64,000 nucleotides of DNA from an uncultured Eubacteriales bacterium (GCA_902790175.1 CADAQZ010000021.1:10145-74144); one strand, 5' to 3'; positions 18,670-33,884 are shown, numbered from the stretch's first letter. A program made the numbers and translations. The notes: a model not told the origin generated them from the letters alone.

Positions 18670-19049
18670 AGGATGCCATCACCCGCGACATCGACGCCAT
18701 CGTCGCCGCACTGGCATCGGTGCGCATGCCGGCGCAGCCGGAGGAGTACGACATCCACGCCGCCGTCGCCGGGGCGCTGGCGGAGGCGGGGCTGGAGTAC
18801 GAGCACGAGTACCGTCTCGGGCCGCGCCGCCGCATCGACTTTCGCGTGGGCCGCGTGGGCATCGAGGTGAAGAAGGGCCGCCCGGCATCCTCCGAGCTTC
18901 GGGAGCAGCTTCGCCGGTATCTGGAGTCGGACGCGCTGGACGCGGTGATCGTGGTCACGCAGCGCGTGACGGCGCTGCCTGCGACGATCTGCGGCAAGCC
19001 CGTGCGGCTGGTGTCGCTGAACCGGCTGTGGGGCGTGGCGCTGCCGTGA
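18666..19049 (+). CDS. small PD-(D/E)XK (restriction-endonuclease-fold, Hjc/VRR-NUC-like) protein
   Basis: 127 aa. Candidate catalytic pattern E(45-49)...RIDFRVGRVGIEVKKG (D-x10-E-x-K). Located directly upstream of an SNF2 helicase gene. Confidence 0.45.
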   Translation: MKDAITRDIDAIVAALASVRMPAQPEEYDIHAAVAGALAEAGLEYEHEYRLGPRRRIDFRVGRVGIEVKKGRPASSELREQLRRYLESDALDAVIVVTQRVTALPATICGKPVRLVSLNRLWGVALP

Positions 19050-19195
19050 GGATGAGGGGAGACGACCTCTTCCGTCTTGACGCTGCGCGTCAATCCACCT
19101 TCTCCTGAAGGGGAAGGCAAAGAAAACGGCACTCCCAAAAGCCTTCCCCTTCAGGGGAAGGTGCCCCCGCAGGGGGCGGATGAGGCCGTTCCCCA
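19050..19195 (+). repeat. hairpin-rich intergenic repeat (variant of module B) between the nuclease-like and helicase genes
   Basis: CCTTCTCCTGAAGGGGAAGG (19097-19116), CCTTCCCCTTCAGGGGAAGG (19142-19161), CCCCCGCAGGGGG. Translated by the ORF track as a spurious N-terminal extension (PSPEGEG...SLPLQGKVPPQGADE). Confidence 0.7.
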
Positions 19196-19214
19196 TTCCC
19201 TGTTTGGAGGTATC

Positions 19215-21008
19215 ATGGACTACTACGACGACTACACCGGCACGGGGGCCATCACGATGGACGTCTTCGGCGATAATGCCCCCGTCGACGCGCCCGATTA
19301 CCCCGCCTACCTGCGCGACGTGCCGCCGGGCGGGCGCACGTACGGCACGCTCAGCTACAATCGCAAGTCGAAGTGCTGGACGATCAAGGGCGAGCCCTGC
19401 GTGACGGAGCTGGCCAAGCGCCTTTTCCCCGGCTGCGACGGCCGGGGCCGCGGCATGGCGCGCTTCACGGCGCATAGGCGCATCATCGGCGATCTGAACT
19501 GGCTGATGCTGCGCTACCCGCTGGAGGTGAAGGAATCGGACCGCGCCCGCTGGGAGGGCGCGCTGGAGGAGGCGCGGGAGTATGCCGTGCGGCGCGAGCA
19601 GGCGCTAAGCATGCCAGAGACCGCCACGCCCCCCGCCGAGAGCTTCTCCGGGGAGCTCCTGCCCTTCCAGAAGCAGGGGCTGGGCTTCATGCTGTCAACA
19701 CGCCGCTGCCTGCTGGCAGACGAGATGGGCTTGGGCAAGACGGTGCAGGCGCTGGCGTTCCTGGCCACCACCGCGGCCTACCCGGCGATCCTCGTGGTGC
19801 CGCCGCACCTGATCCGCAACTGGCAGCGCGAAGTCGAGCGCTTTTTATCACCGGACGGGCGCCTGCGCGTGCACGTCATCCGCGGCCTCACGCCCTACGC
19901 CCTGCCGGAGGCCGACATCTACATCATCCACTACCTGCTGCTGCGCGGCTGGAAGGAGGTCCTGCCTCAGCAGGGCTTCCGCACCGTGATCTTCGACGAG
20001 ATGCAGGAGCTGCGCCGCAACGGCACCGGCAAGTACAGCGCCGCGAGCCTGCTGTCGGAGGCCTGCGAGAACTGCATCGGCCTGTCCGGCACGCCTATCT
20101 ACAACCAGGGCGGGGAGATCTGGAACGTCGTCAATATCATCGACTTCCACTTCCTGGGTGACTGGGAGAGCTTCTCGCGCGAGTGGTGCTACGGCTACAA
20201 TACCGCCGTCGTGGCCAAGCCGGAGCTGCTGGGTGAGCATCTGCGCAGCGAGGGGCTGATGCTCAGGCGTCTGAAGAGCGACGTGCTGACCCAGCTGGCC
20301 CCGAAGCGTCGGCTGGTGCAGGAAATCGACTGGGACGACGCCGTGTACCGCGAGCTGATGGCCCCGGTGGCCAGACAGCTGCAATTGCTCCGGGCCACGG
20401 ACGACCCGTCCCGCCGCGCCATCATCGAAGACGCCATCAGCCAGACCCAGCGCCAGGCCACCGGCATCGCCAAGGCCCCGTTCGTGTGCGCGTTCGTGAA
20501 GGCGCTGGTGGAGGGCGGCGAGAAGGTGCTTCTGATGGCGCACCACCACGCCGTGATGGACATCTATAAGAAGGAGCTCAAGGCCCATCGCCCGAAGTTC
20601 ATCACCGGGCGCGAGACTGACAAGCAGAAGGACGAGGCCGCCGCGGCCTTCATGGAGGGCAAGACGGACCTGCTGTGCATCTCGCTGCGCTCGGCCAGCG
20701 GCCTGAACTTGCAGCGCGCCACCTGCGTGGTGTTCGGCGAGCTGGATTGGTCCCCCGCCGTGCACAGCCAGGCCGAGGACCGCGCGCACCGCATCGGCCA
20801 GCAGGACAGCCTGCTGTGCTACTACCTGGTCTCCCCGAAGGGCTCGGACCGCGACATGCAGGACGCGCTGGGCCTGAAGGTCAGCCAGTTCGTCGCCATC
20901 ATGGGCGATTCCGCGCCCGCGCGCGAGGACCAGTTCATGCAGCAGTCCGAGGCCCGCGAGCGCATCCGGCAGCTGGTTGCACGGCTGGAGGACGAGCAGG
21001 AGGGGTAA
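19215..21008 (+). CDS. SNF2/SWI2-family helicase-like ATPase with a ~170-aa N-terminal domain of unknown function
   Basis: ATG at 19215 after GGAGG. Motifs LADEMGLGKTVQA (I), DEMQELR (II), LSGTPIYN (III), and C-terminal helicase lobe LNLQRATCVVFGELDWSPAVHSQAEDRAHRIGQ. Confidence 0.85.
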   Translation: MDYYDDYTGTGAITMDVFGDNAPVDAPDYPAYLRDVPPGGRTYGTLSYNRKSKCWTIKGEPCVTELAKRLFPGCDGRGRGMARFTAHRRIIGDLNWLMLRYPLEVKESDRARWEGALEEAREYAVRREQALSMPETATPPAESFSGELLPFQKQGLGFMLSTRRCLLADEMGLGKTVQALAFLATTAAYPAILVVPPHLIRNWQREVERFLSPDGRLRVHVIRGLTPYALPEADIYIIHYLLLRGWKEVLPQQGFRTVIFDEMQELRRNGTGKYSAASLLSEACENCIGLSGTPIYNQGGEIWNVVNIIDFHFLGDWESFSREWCYGYNTAVVAKPELLGEHLRSEGLMLRRLKSDVLTQLAPKRRLVQEIDWDDAVYRELMAPVARQLQLLRATDDPSRRAIIEDAISQTQRQATGIAKAPFVCAFVKALVEGGEKVLLMAHHHAVMDIYKKELKAHRPKFITGRETDKQKDEAAAAFMEGKTDLLCISLRSASGLNLQRATCVVFGELDWSPAVHSQAEDRAHRIGQQDSLLCYYLVSPKGSDRDMQDALGLKVSQFVAIMGDSAPAREDQFMQQSEARERIRQLVARLEDEQEG

Positions 21009-21010
21009 AA

Positions 21011-21097
21011 AGAGAAGATCCTTCGCTTCGCTCAGGATGACAATGAAACGGCATCCGCCAACCTGTCATCCTGAACGTAGTGAAGGATCTTTTTTTC
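21011..21097 (+). repeat. palindromic repeat module A, stand-alone copy; acts as a terminator between convergent genes
   Basis: AGAGAAGATCCTTCGCTTCGCTCAGGATGACA ... TGTCATCCTGAACGTAGTGAAGGATCTTTTTTT. The left arm is 32/32 identical to the copy at 25881. Confidence 0.85.
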
Positions 21098-21105
21098 TAT
21101 CTTCT

Positions 21106-22281
21106 CTATCTTCTTCTCCTGTCCCGCCCGTTTTGCCGGTAGTACTCGGCCTTGGCGGCGTACATCGCCAGATCCGCCTCGCTCACCAGCTTTTCCAGGC
21201 TCAGGCCGGGGTAGTCCGCCGCCAGCGCGAAGCCCGCAGCCAGGCGCAGCTCCTTCGTCAGCTTCCCGGCCCAGCTGCGCGCCTGTCGCTCCAGGCGGCA
21301 CAGCGCCACCTCCGCGCGGATGGCGTCCATGTCGTCCACCAGCGCCACGAACTCGTCGCCGCCGGTGCGGTAGCAGCGCCCCGCCTCGCCAAAGACCGCC
21401 TCGATGCACTTCGCCGCGCCGCAGATCAGCTCGTCCCCGGCCAGGTGGCCCATCGTGTCGTTCACCCGCTTGAGGTCGTTGATGTCAATGGCGAAGGCCG
21501 CCAGGCCCTGCGGCGCGTCGCCGTCCTCGCAGGCCACCAGGTCTTCGGTGTAGGCGTGTCGGCTGAGCAGCCCCGTCAGCGCGTCGGTGGCGAGCTGCGC
21601 GTGCTGGATCTGCAGGTGTGCGTCCATGGCCTGCTGGGAGAACGCGGAGTAGTGGATGAACAACAGCGCCGCGCCCATCGTCATCGCGACGTAGGCCGTG
21701 CGACAGCCCTCGCCGCCCATCTCCTGCAGCGCGATGCCCGCCAGCACCAGCAGCATGATGGTGTACAGCGACGCCCGGTTCTGCTGCTCGAACGTGCGCC
21801 CGTAGATTATGAACTGCACGACGATCACCACGATGATGGCCAGGTACACCGTGACATACACGATGTAGAGCGGGCCGTGGGTATAGTGATTGCCCGCGTC
21901 CAGCGTCACCATCCAGCCGTTGAACACGGCGACGACCTGAAATAGCGTGTTTCCGGCCAGTATGACGGCCAGCGCCTTGTTCCAGCGGTTTCTCAGCTTC
22001 ATGTGGTGCACGAACGCGCCTCCCGCCAGCGGCGTGAGGATGTAGTCGGCACACTTCACCGCCAGGATCGGCCAGCCGGGCAGGTCCGCCCGGCCGTTCA
22101 ACCAGATGCCCAGCCACTCCGCCAACGCGGAGCAGGCGATCAGGGCATAGGTCAGGTAGAACGGGTGCTTGTCTGCTCGCTTGATCTGGCGGCACTCGCT
22201 CACCAGCACGCAGAGCACGCCCAGCGCCATTCCGCAAAGCAGCAGTATGCAGGTATAGTAATAGAACATGTGAACAATCAT
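21106..22281 (-). CDS. integral-membrane diguanylate cyclase (GGDEF)
   Basis: About 6 predicted TM helices, then a GGDEF domain (LTGLLSRHAY, RTGGDEFVAL). Start is the ATG at 22281 or 22269. Confidence 0.85.
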   Translation of the reverse strand: MIVHMFYYYTCILLLCGMALGVLCVLVSECRQIKRADKHPFYLTYALIACSALAEWLGIWLNGRADLPGWPILAVKCADYILTPLAGGAFVHHMKLRNRWNKALAVILAGNTLFQVVAVFNGWMVTLDAGNHYTHGPLYIVYVTVYLAIIVVIVVQFIIYGRTFEQQNRASLYTIMLLVLAGIALQEMGGEGCRTAYVAMTMGAALLFIHYSAFSQQAMDAHLQIQHAQLATDALTGLLSRHAYTEDLVACEDGDAPQGLAAFAIDINDLKRVNDTMGHLAGDELICGAAKCIEAVFGEAGRCYRTGGDEFVALVDDMDAIRAEVALCRLERQARSWAGKLTKELRLAAGFALAADYPGLSLEKLVSEADLAMYAAKAEYYRQNGRDRRRR

Positions 22282-22370
22282 TCTCCCCTTGTCGTTGCAA
22301 CGATTGTCGACGCCATCCTGCGGATGTCGCCGACCCGGAAAACGTTCCGTTTTCCTAATCGTGCCCAAAT

Positions 22371-22405
22371 CCAAAAACCGGCGCGGGAAAGGGGTCCCGC
22401 GCCGG
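22371..22405 (-). terminator. intrinsic terminator inside the leader of the diguanylate cyclase gene (candidate attenuator)
   Basis: Minus-strand RNA: CCGGCGCGGGA-CCCCTT-TCCCGCGCCGG followed by UUUUUGGAUUU. It lies 90 nt upstream of the ATG at 22281, with no recognisable promoter in between. Confidence 0.6.
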
Positions 22406-22459
22406 GGGCGGCAGCCCGCTGCTCATCACGGTCTGGCGCCCGAAGATGGCATCCTCAAA

Positions 22460-22518
22460 GCGGATACGGGCCAGGAGAGTGTATGGCTTTGGTGGATTTT
22501 GTTCCGGCCCGTATCCGC
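22460..22518. repeat. perfect 13-bp inverted repeat within the same leader
   Basis: GCGGATACGGGCC (22460-22472) and GGCCCGTATCCGC (22506-22518), 33-nt spacer. Confidence 0.8.
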
Positions 22519-22583
22519 CCGTTGATCGCGTCGCGCTGACTCCTCCCCGTCGGGATCGCGGAGCCGGGCGGCGTCGATACTTC

Positions 22584-22613
22584 ATTTTACCTATATATCT
22601 GATTAAGTTTCAA
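22584..22613 (-). promoter_or_regulatory. sigma-70-type promoter driving the long leader and diguanylate cyclase
   Basis: Minus strand reads TTGAAA (22608-22613) - 18 nt - TAAAAT (22584-22589). Confidence 0.5.
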
Positions 22614-22619
22614 GGACAT

Positions 22620-22634
22620 GTGACGGAACGTCAC
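22620..22634. promoter_or_regulatory. palindromic operator-like site between divergent promoters
   Basis: GTGACG-GAA-CGTCAC. It sits between the -35 of the GGDEF promoter (22608-22613) and the -35 of the regulator promoter (22654-22659). Confidence 0.35.
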
Positions 22635-22653
22635 CACTTTCTCCTTTCATCAC

Positions 22654-22682
22654 TTGCCCTCGGGCGCGTTTGCCGGTACAAT
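22654..22682 (+). promoter_or_regulatory. sigma-70-type promoter of the XRE-REC / kinase operon
   Basis: TTGCCC (22654-22659) - 17 nt - TACAAT (22677-22682). Confidence 0.45.
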
Positions 22683-22716
22683 ATACATGAAGAAAAGGCG
22701 ACGGGAGGCGGCGCGG

Positions 22717-23316
22717 ATGAATATCTCATTTGGCGAGACGCTGCGGCGGCTGAGGATCGAAAAGGGGCTGTCGCAGCAGCAGCTGGCGGCAAAGATGTTC
22801 GTGGACCGCTCCACCATCACCCGATGGGAGAGCGGCAGCCGACTGCCGGACGTCGGGATCATCACCCGACTGGCGCAGTGCCTGGGTGTGGACGCCGCCG
22901 CGATGATGAACGCTGCCGCGCAGGGCTCGGAGCGTCCGAACATACTCGTGCTGGACGACGAAAAGATCGCCCTCTCCGGCGCGATGGCGCTGCTGCGCTC
23001 GATCCTGCTAAGGGCGGAAGTCGTCGGCTTCACGCGGCCCTCGCAGGCGCTGGCGTTCGCGCGGACCAGCCCCGTCGCGCTGGCCTTCCTGGACATCGAG
23101 ATGGGCCGGATCAGCGGGCTGGACGTGTGCCGCGAGCTGCTCGCGATCTGCCCGCGGGCGAACGTGGTCTACCTGACGGCCTATCGGGACTACTCCTTCG
23201 ACGCCTGGGCGACGGGCGCGTGCGGCTTTCTGCTCAAGCCGCTGACCCATGACGCCGTGCGCGAGCAGCTTTCGCGGCTGCGCTATTCTTTTCCCATGGG
23301 AGGGATGGAGGCATGA
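22717..23316 (+). CDS. atypical response regulator: N-terminal XRE-type HTH + C-terminal receiver (REC) domain
   Basis: ATG at 22717 after GGGAGG. HTH FGETLRRLRIEKGLSQQQLAAKMFVDRSTITRWESG. REC residues LVLDDE, AFLDIEM, LTAY, LLKP. Confidence 0.75.
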   Translation: MNISFGETLRRLRIEKGLSQQQLAAKMFVDRSTITRWESGSRLPDVGIITRLAQCLGVDAAAMMNAAAQGSERPNILVLDDEKIALSGAMALLRSILLRAEVVGFTRPSQALAFARTSPVALAFLDIEMGRISGLDVCRELLAICPRANVVYLTAYRDYSFDAWATGACGFLLKPLTHDAVREQLSRLRYSFPMGGMEA

Positions 23317-24596
23317 ACGGCTGGATCGATCTCGCCAACTATGGCATCGCCATTGCCGGCATGATGGTCGTGCTGCTGGGCCTGCTCATGTGCGTTTTCA
23401 GCCGGTATCAGGAGCAGTGGAACAGAAAGTTCTTTGTCATTCTGTTCTCCCTCCTGATCGCCTACGTCGGCTGCGACCTGCTCTCCCAGATCTCGCTCGT
23501 CCTGCTCGGCCCGCCCGACGCGCCGCTCAGCCGGGTCGCCGTTTTCGGCGAATCGTTCTTCTCTTCCCTGCTCATGCCGATGCTGACGGTCTATCTGCTG
23601 CACTGCACCGGCGAGGACTGGCACAGGAACACGCTCCTGAGGATTGTCGTCGCTATGTGGCTGGTCTATTTCGCGCTGCTGGTCGTGACGCAGTTCACGA
23701 CCAGCATCTACACGGTCACGCCGGACAACGTCTATCGGCGCGGGGCGTGGTATCCCGTGCTGCTCATAGCGCCCATCCTGCTGATGCTGTTGAACCTGCT
23801 GGCGCTCTGGCGCAGACGGGCAAAGTTCACCCGGCGGCAGACGCTGGCGTTTGCGCTGTATCTGCTGATCCCGATGGGCTGCATGATCGTGCAGATGCTT
23901 GCCTACGGCCTTTTGATGATCGTCATTGGAAGCTGTGTCGCCGCGTTCTGCATGTTTCTGTTCATACTCCGCGATCAGCAGGACCGCTATAACGCCCAGC
24001 GCGAGGAAAACGCCCGCCAGCGCGCCAGCATCATGGTGCTGCAGATGCGGCCGCACTTCATCTACAACGCCATGACCAGCATCTACTACCTCTGCGGGCA
24101 GGACGCGAAGAAGGCGCAGTCGGTGATCCTGGACTTCACCAGCTACCTGCGCCAGAACTTCACCGCCGTCGGCCGCGAGGACACGATCCCGTTCTCCGAG
24201 GAGATGGAGCACGCGCGCGCCTACCTGGCCGTGGAGAAGGCCCGCTACGAGGATGACCTGTTCATTGCATACGACACGCCCTTCACCGCGTTTCGCCTGC
24301 CGCCGCTGACGCTGCAGCCGATCGTGGAGAACGCCGTGAAGCATGGCATCAGCCCGGAACTGGAGCCGCTTTTCCTGTCCGTATCGACGCGCCGCACGAA
24401 GGAGGGCGTCGAGATCGTCGTGGAGGACAGCGGCCCCGGCTTCAACCCCACCGACGACGACGAGCCGCACATCGCGCTGGCGAACATCCGCGAGCGCCTG
24501 GAGATGATGTGCGGCGGCGCGCTGACGATCGCCCCGCGCACCGGGGGCGGTACGGTCGTCACCATGCGCGTGCCTCTGGACAGGGGCAGGATCTGA
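23313..24596 (+). CDS. LytS/YehU-type sensor histidine kinase (6 TM + His_kinase + HATPase_c)
   Basis: ATGA overlap with the regulator gene. Membrane N-terminus. LQMRPHFIYNAMTSIYYL phospho-acceptor region, LQPIVENAVKHG N-box, DSGPGF G1 box. Confidence 0.85.
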   Translation: MNGWIDLANYGIAIAGMMVVLLGLLMCVFSRYQEQWNRKFFVILFSLLIAYVGCDLLSQISLVLLGPPDAPLSRVAVFGESFFSSLLMPMLTVYLLHCTGEDWHRNTLLRIVVAMWLVYFALLVVTQFTTSIYTVTPDNVYRRGAWYPVLLIAPILLMLLNLLALWRRRAKFTRRQTLAFALYLLIPMGCMIVQMLAYGLLMIVIGSCVAAFCMFLFILRDQQDRYNAQREENARQRASIMVLQMRPHFIYNAMTSIYYLCGQDAKKAQSVILDFTSYLRQNFTAVGREDTIPFSEEMEHARAYLAVEKARYEDDLFIAYDTPFTAFRLPPLTLQPIVENAVKHGISPELEPLFLSVSTRRTKEGVEIVVEDSGPGFNPTDDDEPHIALANIRERLEMMCGGALTIAPRTGGGTVVTMRVPLDRGRI

Positions 24597-24702
24597 GCCC
24601 CTGCGCGCCTTTCTCGCCCCCCAAGAGGGGCTCATTTGGCGGCAAAAATACGCCCCGGTATAAAAAATCAGCCCAAAAGTTGAAAATTTTTCGATTTAGG
24701 GG

Positions 24703-24731
24703 TTGCAATTTTCTGCCTTTTTCGGCATAAT
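24703..24731 (+). promoter_or_regulatory. sigma-70-type promoter of the second GGDEF gene
   Basis: TTGCAA (24703-24708) - 17 nt - CATAAT (24726-24731). Confidence 0.5.
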
Positions 24732-24781
24732 ATATATGTATATCTTTGCACATTGTTTTTTCACAGGGGGCAAGGGTAGCC

Positions 24782-25858
24782 ATGGGATTTATTCGGGACT
24801 TTCTAAAGCAGAAAGCGCCTAAATCGGGCAAGGAGATGCCCGCATACTATCGCAAGGCACTGACCGCGAGCGCAGTCGTGTTGGCCTTCTATTTCTTCGC
24901 GTGCTTCCTGATGCTGGGACTCGTCACGCAGGTATGGAAGAGCGAGCCGCTGTTGGCGGTGGCCGCCGTGCTGTTCTGCCTGGCCGGCATCGACCGCATC
25001 GGCTCGCACATCAACCTGACGCTCTACACCACGATCATGATGGCCTGGTGCCTGTGGTTCGTGCACGTGTTCGGCTGGTCCACAGGCGTACAGCACTTCC
25101 TGATCCCGCTTTTGATCATCAGCTTCTTCAACGTCTACGAGGCGCCCTGGCTGAAGCTGGCCTACTGCGTGGTGCTGATCGCGTTCAGGATGCTCCTCTA
25201 CGCCCACGCGCTGAAGCATCCGCCGATCATCGAGATGGACCAGGCCTCCCGCATCGCGGTGCAGTGCTGCAACAGCGTGTTCCTGTACGTGATCCTGTCC
25301 GCCCAGTGCATCCTGTTCAGCACGAACCTGCAGGCCACCGAGCGCCAGCTGCGCATCGACAACCAGGAGCTGCACAAGGAGGCCGGCACCGACCCGCTGA
25401 CCCAGCTGCCGAACCGCCGCGCGATGATGGACGTGATCACCAACTCCCTCAAGCGCCACGGCGACGAGCCCTTCGGCGTGGCCATCGCCGACATCGACTT
25501 CTTTAAGAGCGTGAACGACACCTACGGCCACAACTGCGGCGACTACACGCTGCGCACGCTGTCCGACAAGTTCCGCGAGATGGCGAGCGACAAGTACAAG
25601 GTGTGCCGCTGGGGCGGCGAGGAGTTCTGCTTCTTCATGCCCGGGCTGAACCTGGACGACGCCGGCGCGGTGATGCACGACGTGTGCACCGCGGTGAAGC
25701 TGATGCCGCTCTCGTTCGAGGGCAACGACTTCTCCATCACCATCACCATCGGCGTCGCGGAAAACGACTTCCACTCCCCGATGGAGCGCATCCTGGAGGA
25801 GGCCGACCGCAAGCTCTACATGGGCAAGAACAGCGGAAGGGACCAGGTGGTGATCTGA
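24782..25858 (+). CDS. integral-membrane diguanylate cyclase (GGEEF)
   Basis: ATG at 24782. About 6 TM helices, a coiled linker, and a GGDEF domain (DPLTQLPNRRA, RWGGEEFCFF). Confidence 0.85.
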   Translation: MGFIRDFLKQKAPKSGKEMPAYYRKALTASAVVLAFYFFACFLMLGLVTQVWKSEPLLAVAAVLFCLAGIDRIGSHINLTLYTTIMMAWCLWFVHVFGWSTGVQHFLIPLLIISFFNVYEAPWLKLAYCVVLIAFRMLLYAHALKHPPIIEMDQASRIAVQCCNSVFLYVILSAQCILFSTNLQATERQLRIDNQELHKEAGTDPLTQLPNRRAMMDVITNSLKRHGDEPFGVAIADIDFFKSVNDTYGHNCGDYTLRTLSDKFREMASDKYKVCRWGGEEFCFFMPGLNLDDAGAVMHDVCTAVKLMPLSFEGNDFSITITIGVAENDFHSPMERILEEADRKLYMGKNSGRDQVVI

Positions 25859-25880
25859 GAACGCCTCAGTATTGTGCAAT

Positions 25881-25965
25881 AGAGAAGATCCTTCGCTTCG
25901 CTCAGGATGACACCGACGGGAATCTGTCCAACCTGTCATCCTGAGCAGAGCGAAGGATCTTTTTG
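25881..25965 (+). repeat. palindromic repeat module A, stand-alone copy
   Basis: AGAGAAGATCCTTCGCTTCGCTCAGGATGACA ... TGTCATCCTGAGCAGAGCGAAGGATCTTTTT. Confidence 0.85.
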
Positions 25966-25990
25966 TGTCAGTTGACCGATCATAGCAGGA

Positions 25991-26108
25991 GACCAGATTG
26001 CCACGTCGCTTCGCTAGGCCTGCGGCAACGCAATGACGCTGTTCGACTCTACTTCGCTGTACGTCATTGCGAAGAGCATCCGCGAGGATGCGACGTGGTA
26101 ATCTGGTT
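25991..26108 (+). repeat. nested palindromic repeat family D, long form
   Basis: Outer arms GACCAGATTGCCACGTCGC / GCGACGTGGTAATCTGGTT; inner arms CGCAATGACG (26029-26038) / CGTCATTGCG (26062-26071). The ORF-track ORF 25963..26166 is its translation. Confidence 0.8.
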
Positions 26109-26227
26109 TCCTCGCAATCATGAAACGCCCATTTTTATACACCATACGAAGATTCCCCGCGCTTGAATCAGTGGCGCGGGGAATCGTGTTTGTGTGCGCG
26201 GCAGCAATTGGCTGTCGGCCCTGCCGA

Positions 26228-29751
<3,524 letters not shown>

Positions 29752-29773
29752 GGAGCTCTCTCCCTTCTATCGA

Positions 29774-33534
<3,761 letters not shown>

Positions 33535-33685
33535 TCCCTAAATCACCCCTATTCTTCTTCGTCGTGCCGCGCCTTTTCCGGCCCGCGGCGCACAGCCTTC
33601 GCGCGTCAAAATCGATTGCTAATTTTCGGTTAAATCGCGTTTTGAACGTGAATTTTCAGCGCACATTCCCAACCCGGATTTCCCG

Positions 33686-33710
33686 AAAACGCCCTCGCTT
33701 TGGGCGTTTT
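33686..33710 (-). terminator. weak terminator-like hairpin in the rpoB leader
   Basis: AAAACGCCC / GGGCGTTTT arms with a 7-nt loop, about 40 nt downstream of the predicted rpoB promoter. Confidence 0.3.
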
Positions 33711-33752
33711 GGCTGCGCAAGCGGCTTTTCGTCCATACTAACGCAATATAAG

Positions 33753-33781
33753 ACTATATCACAATCATTTTTGTTTGTCAA
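33753..33781 (-). promoter_or_regulatory. sigma-70-type promoter of rpoB
   Basis: Minus strand reads TTGACA (33776-33781) - 17 nt - TATAGT (33753-33758); about a 210-nt leader. Confidence 0.5.
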
Positions 33782-33858
33782 GCGCCGCGAGGGCATGATT
33801 TGCCGTTCAAAGCCGGGATTTTCTCACATTACCTGAAAATTTAACAGGATCTGGGTGC

Positions 33859-33884
33859 AAAAATGCCTCCCGCTTATGGGAGGC
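33859..33884 (-). terminator. intrinsic terminator after the cbiMQO operon
   Basis: Stem GCCTCCC (33865-33871) / GGGAGGC (33878-33884). On the minus strand it is followed by ATTTTT. Confidence 0.6.

Noticed and set aside
22355-22585. 76-aa ORF inside the diguanylate cyclase leader, as a possible small protein or leader peptide.
   Set aside because: Its ATG overlaps the -10 box of the only plausible promoter. It has no RBS. Its composition (Pro/Arg/Gly-rich) is not protein-like.
25963-26166. 67-aa ORF between the second GGDEF gene and rpoC.
   Set aside because: It is the translation of the nested palindromic family D repeat (CHVASL..., VRHCEE...). The same peptide-like strings recur wherever the repeat occurs.
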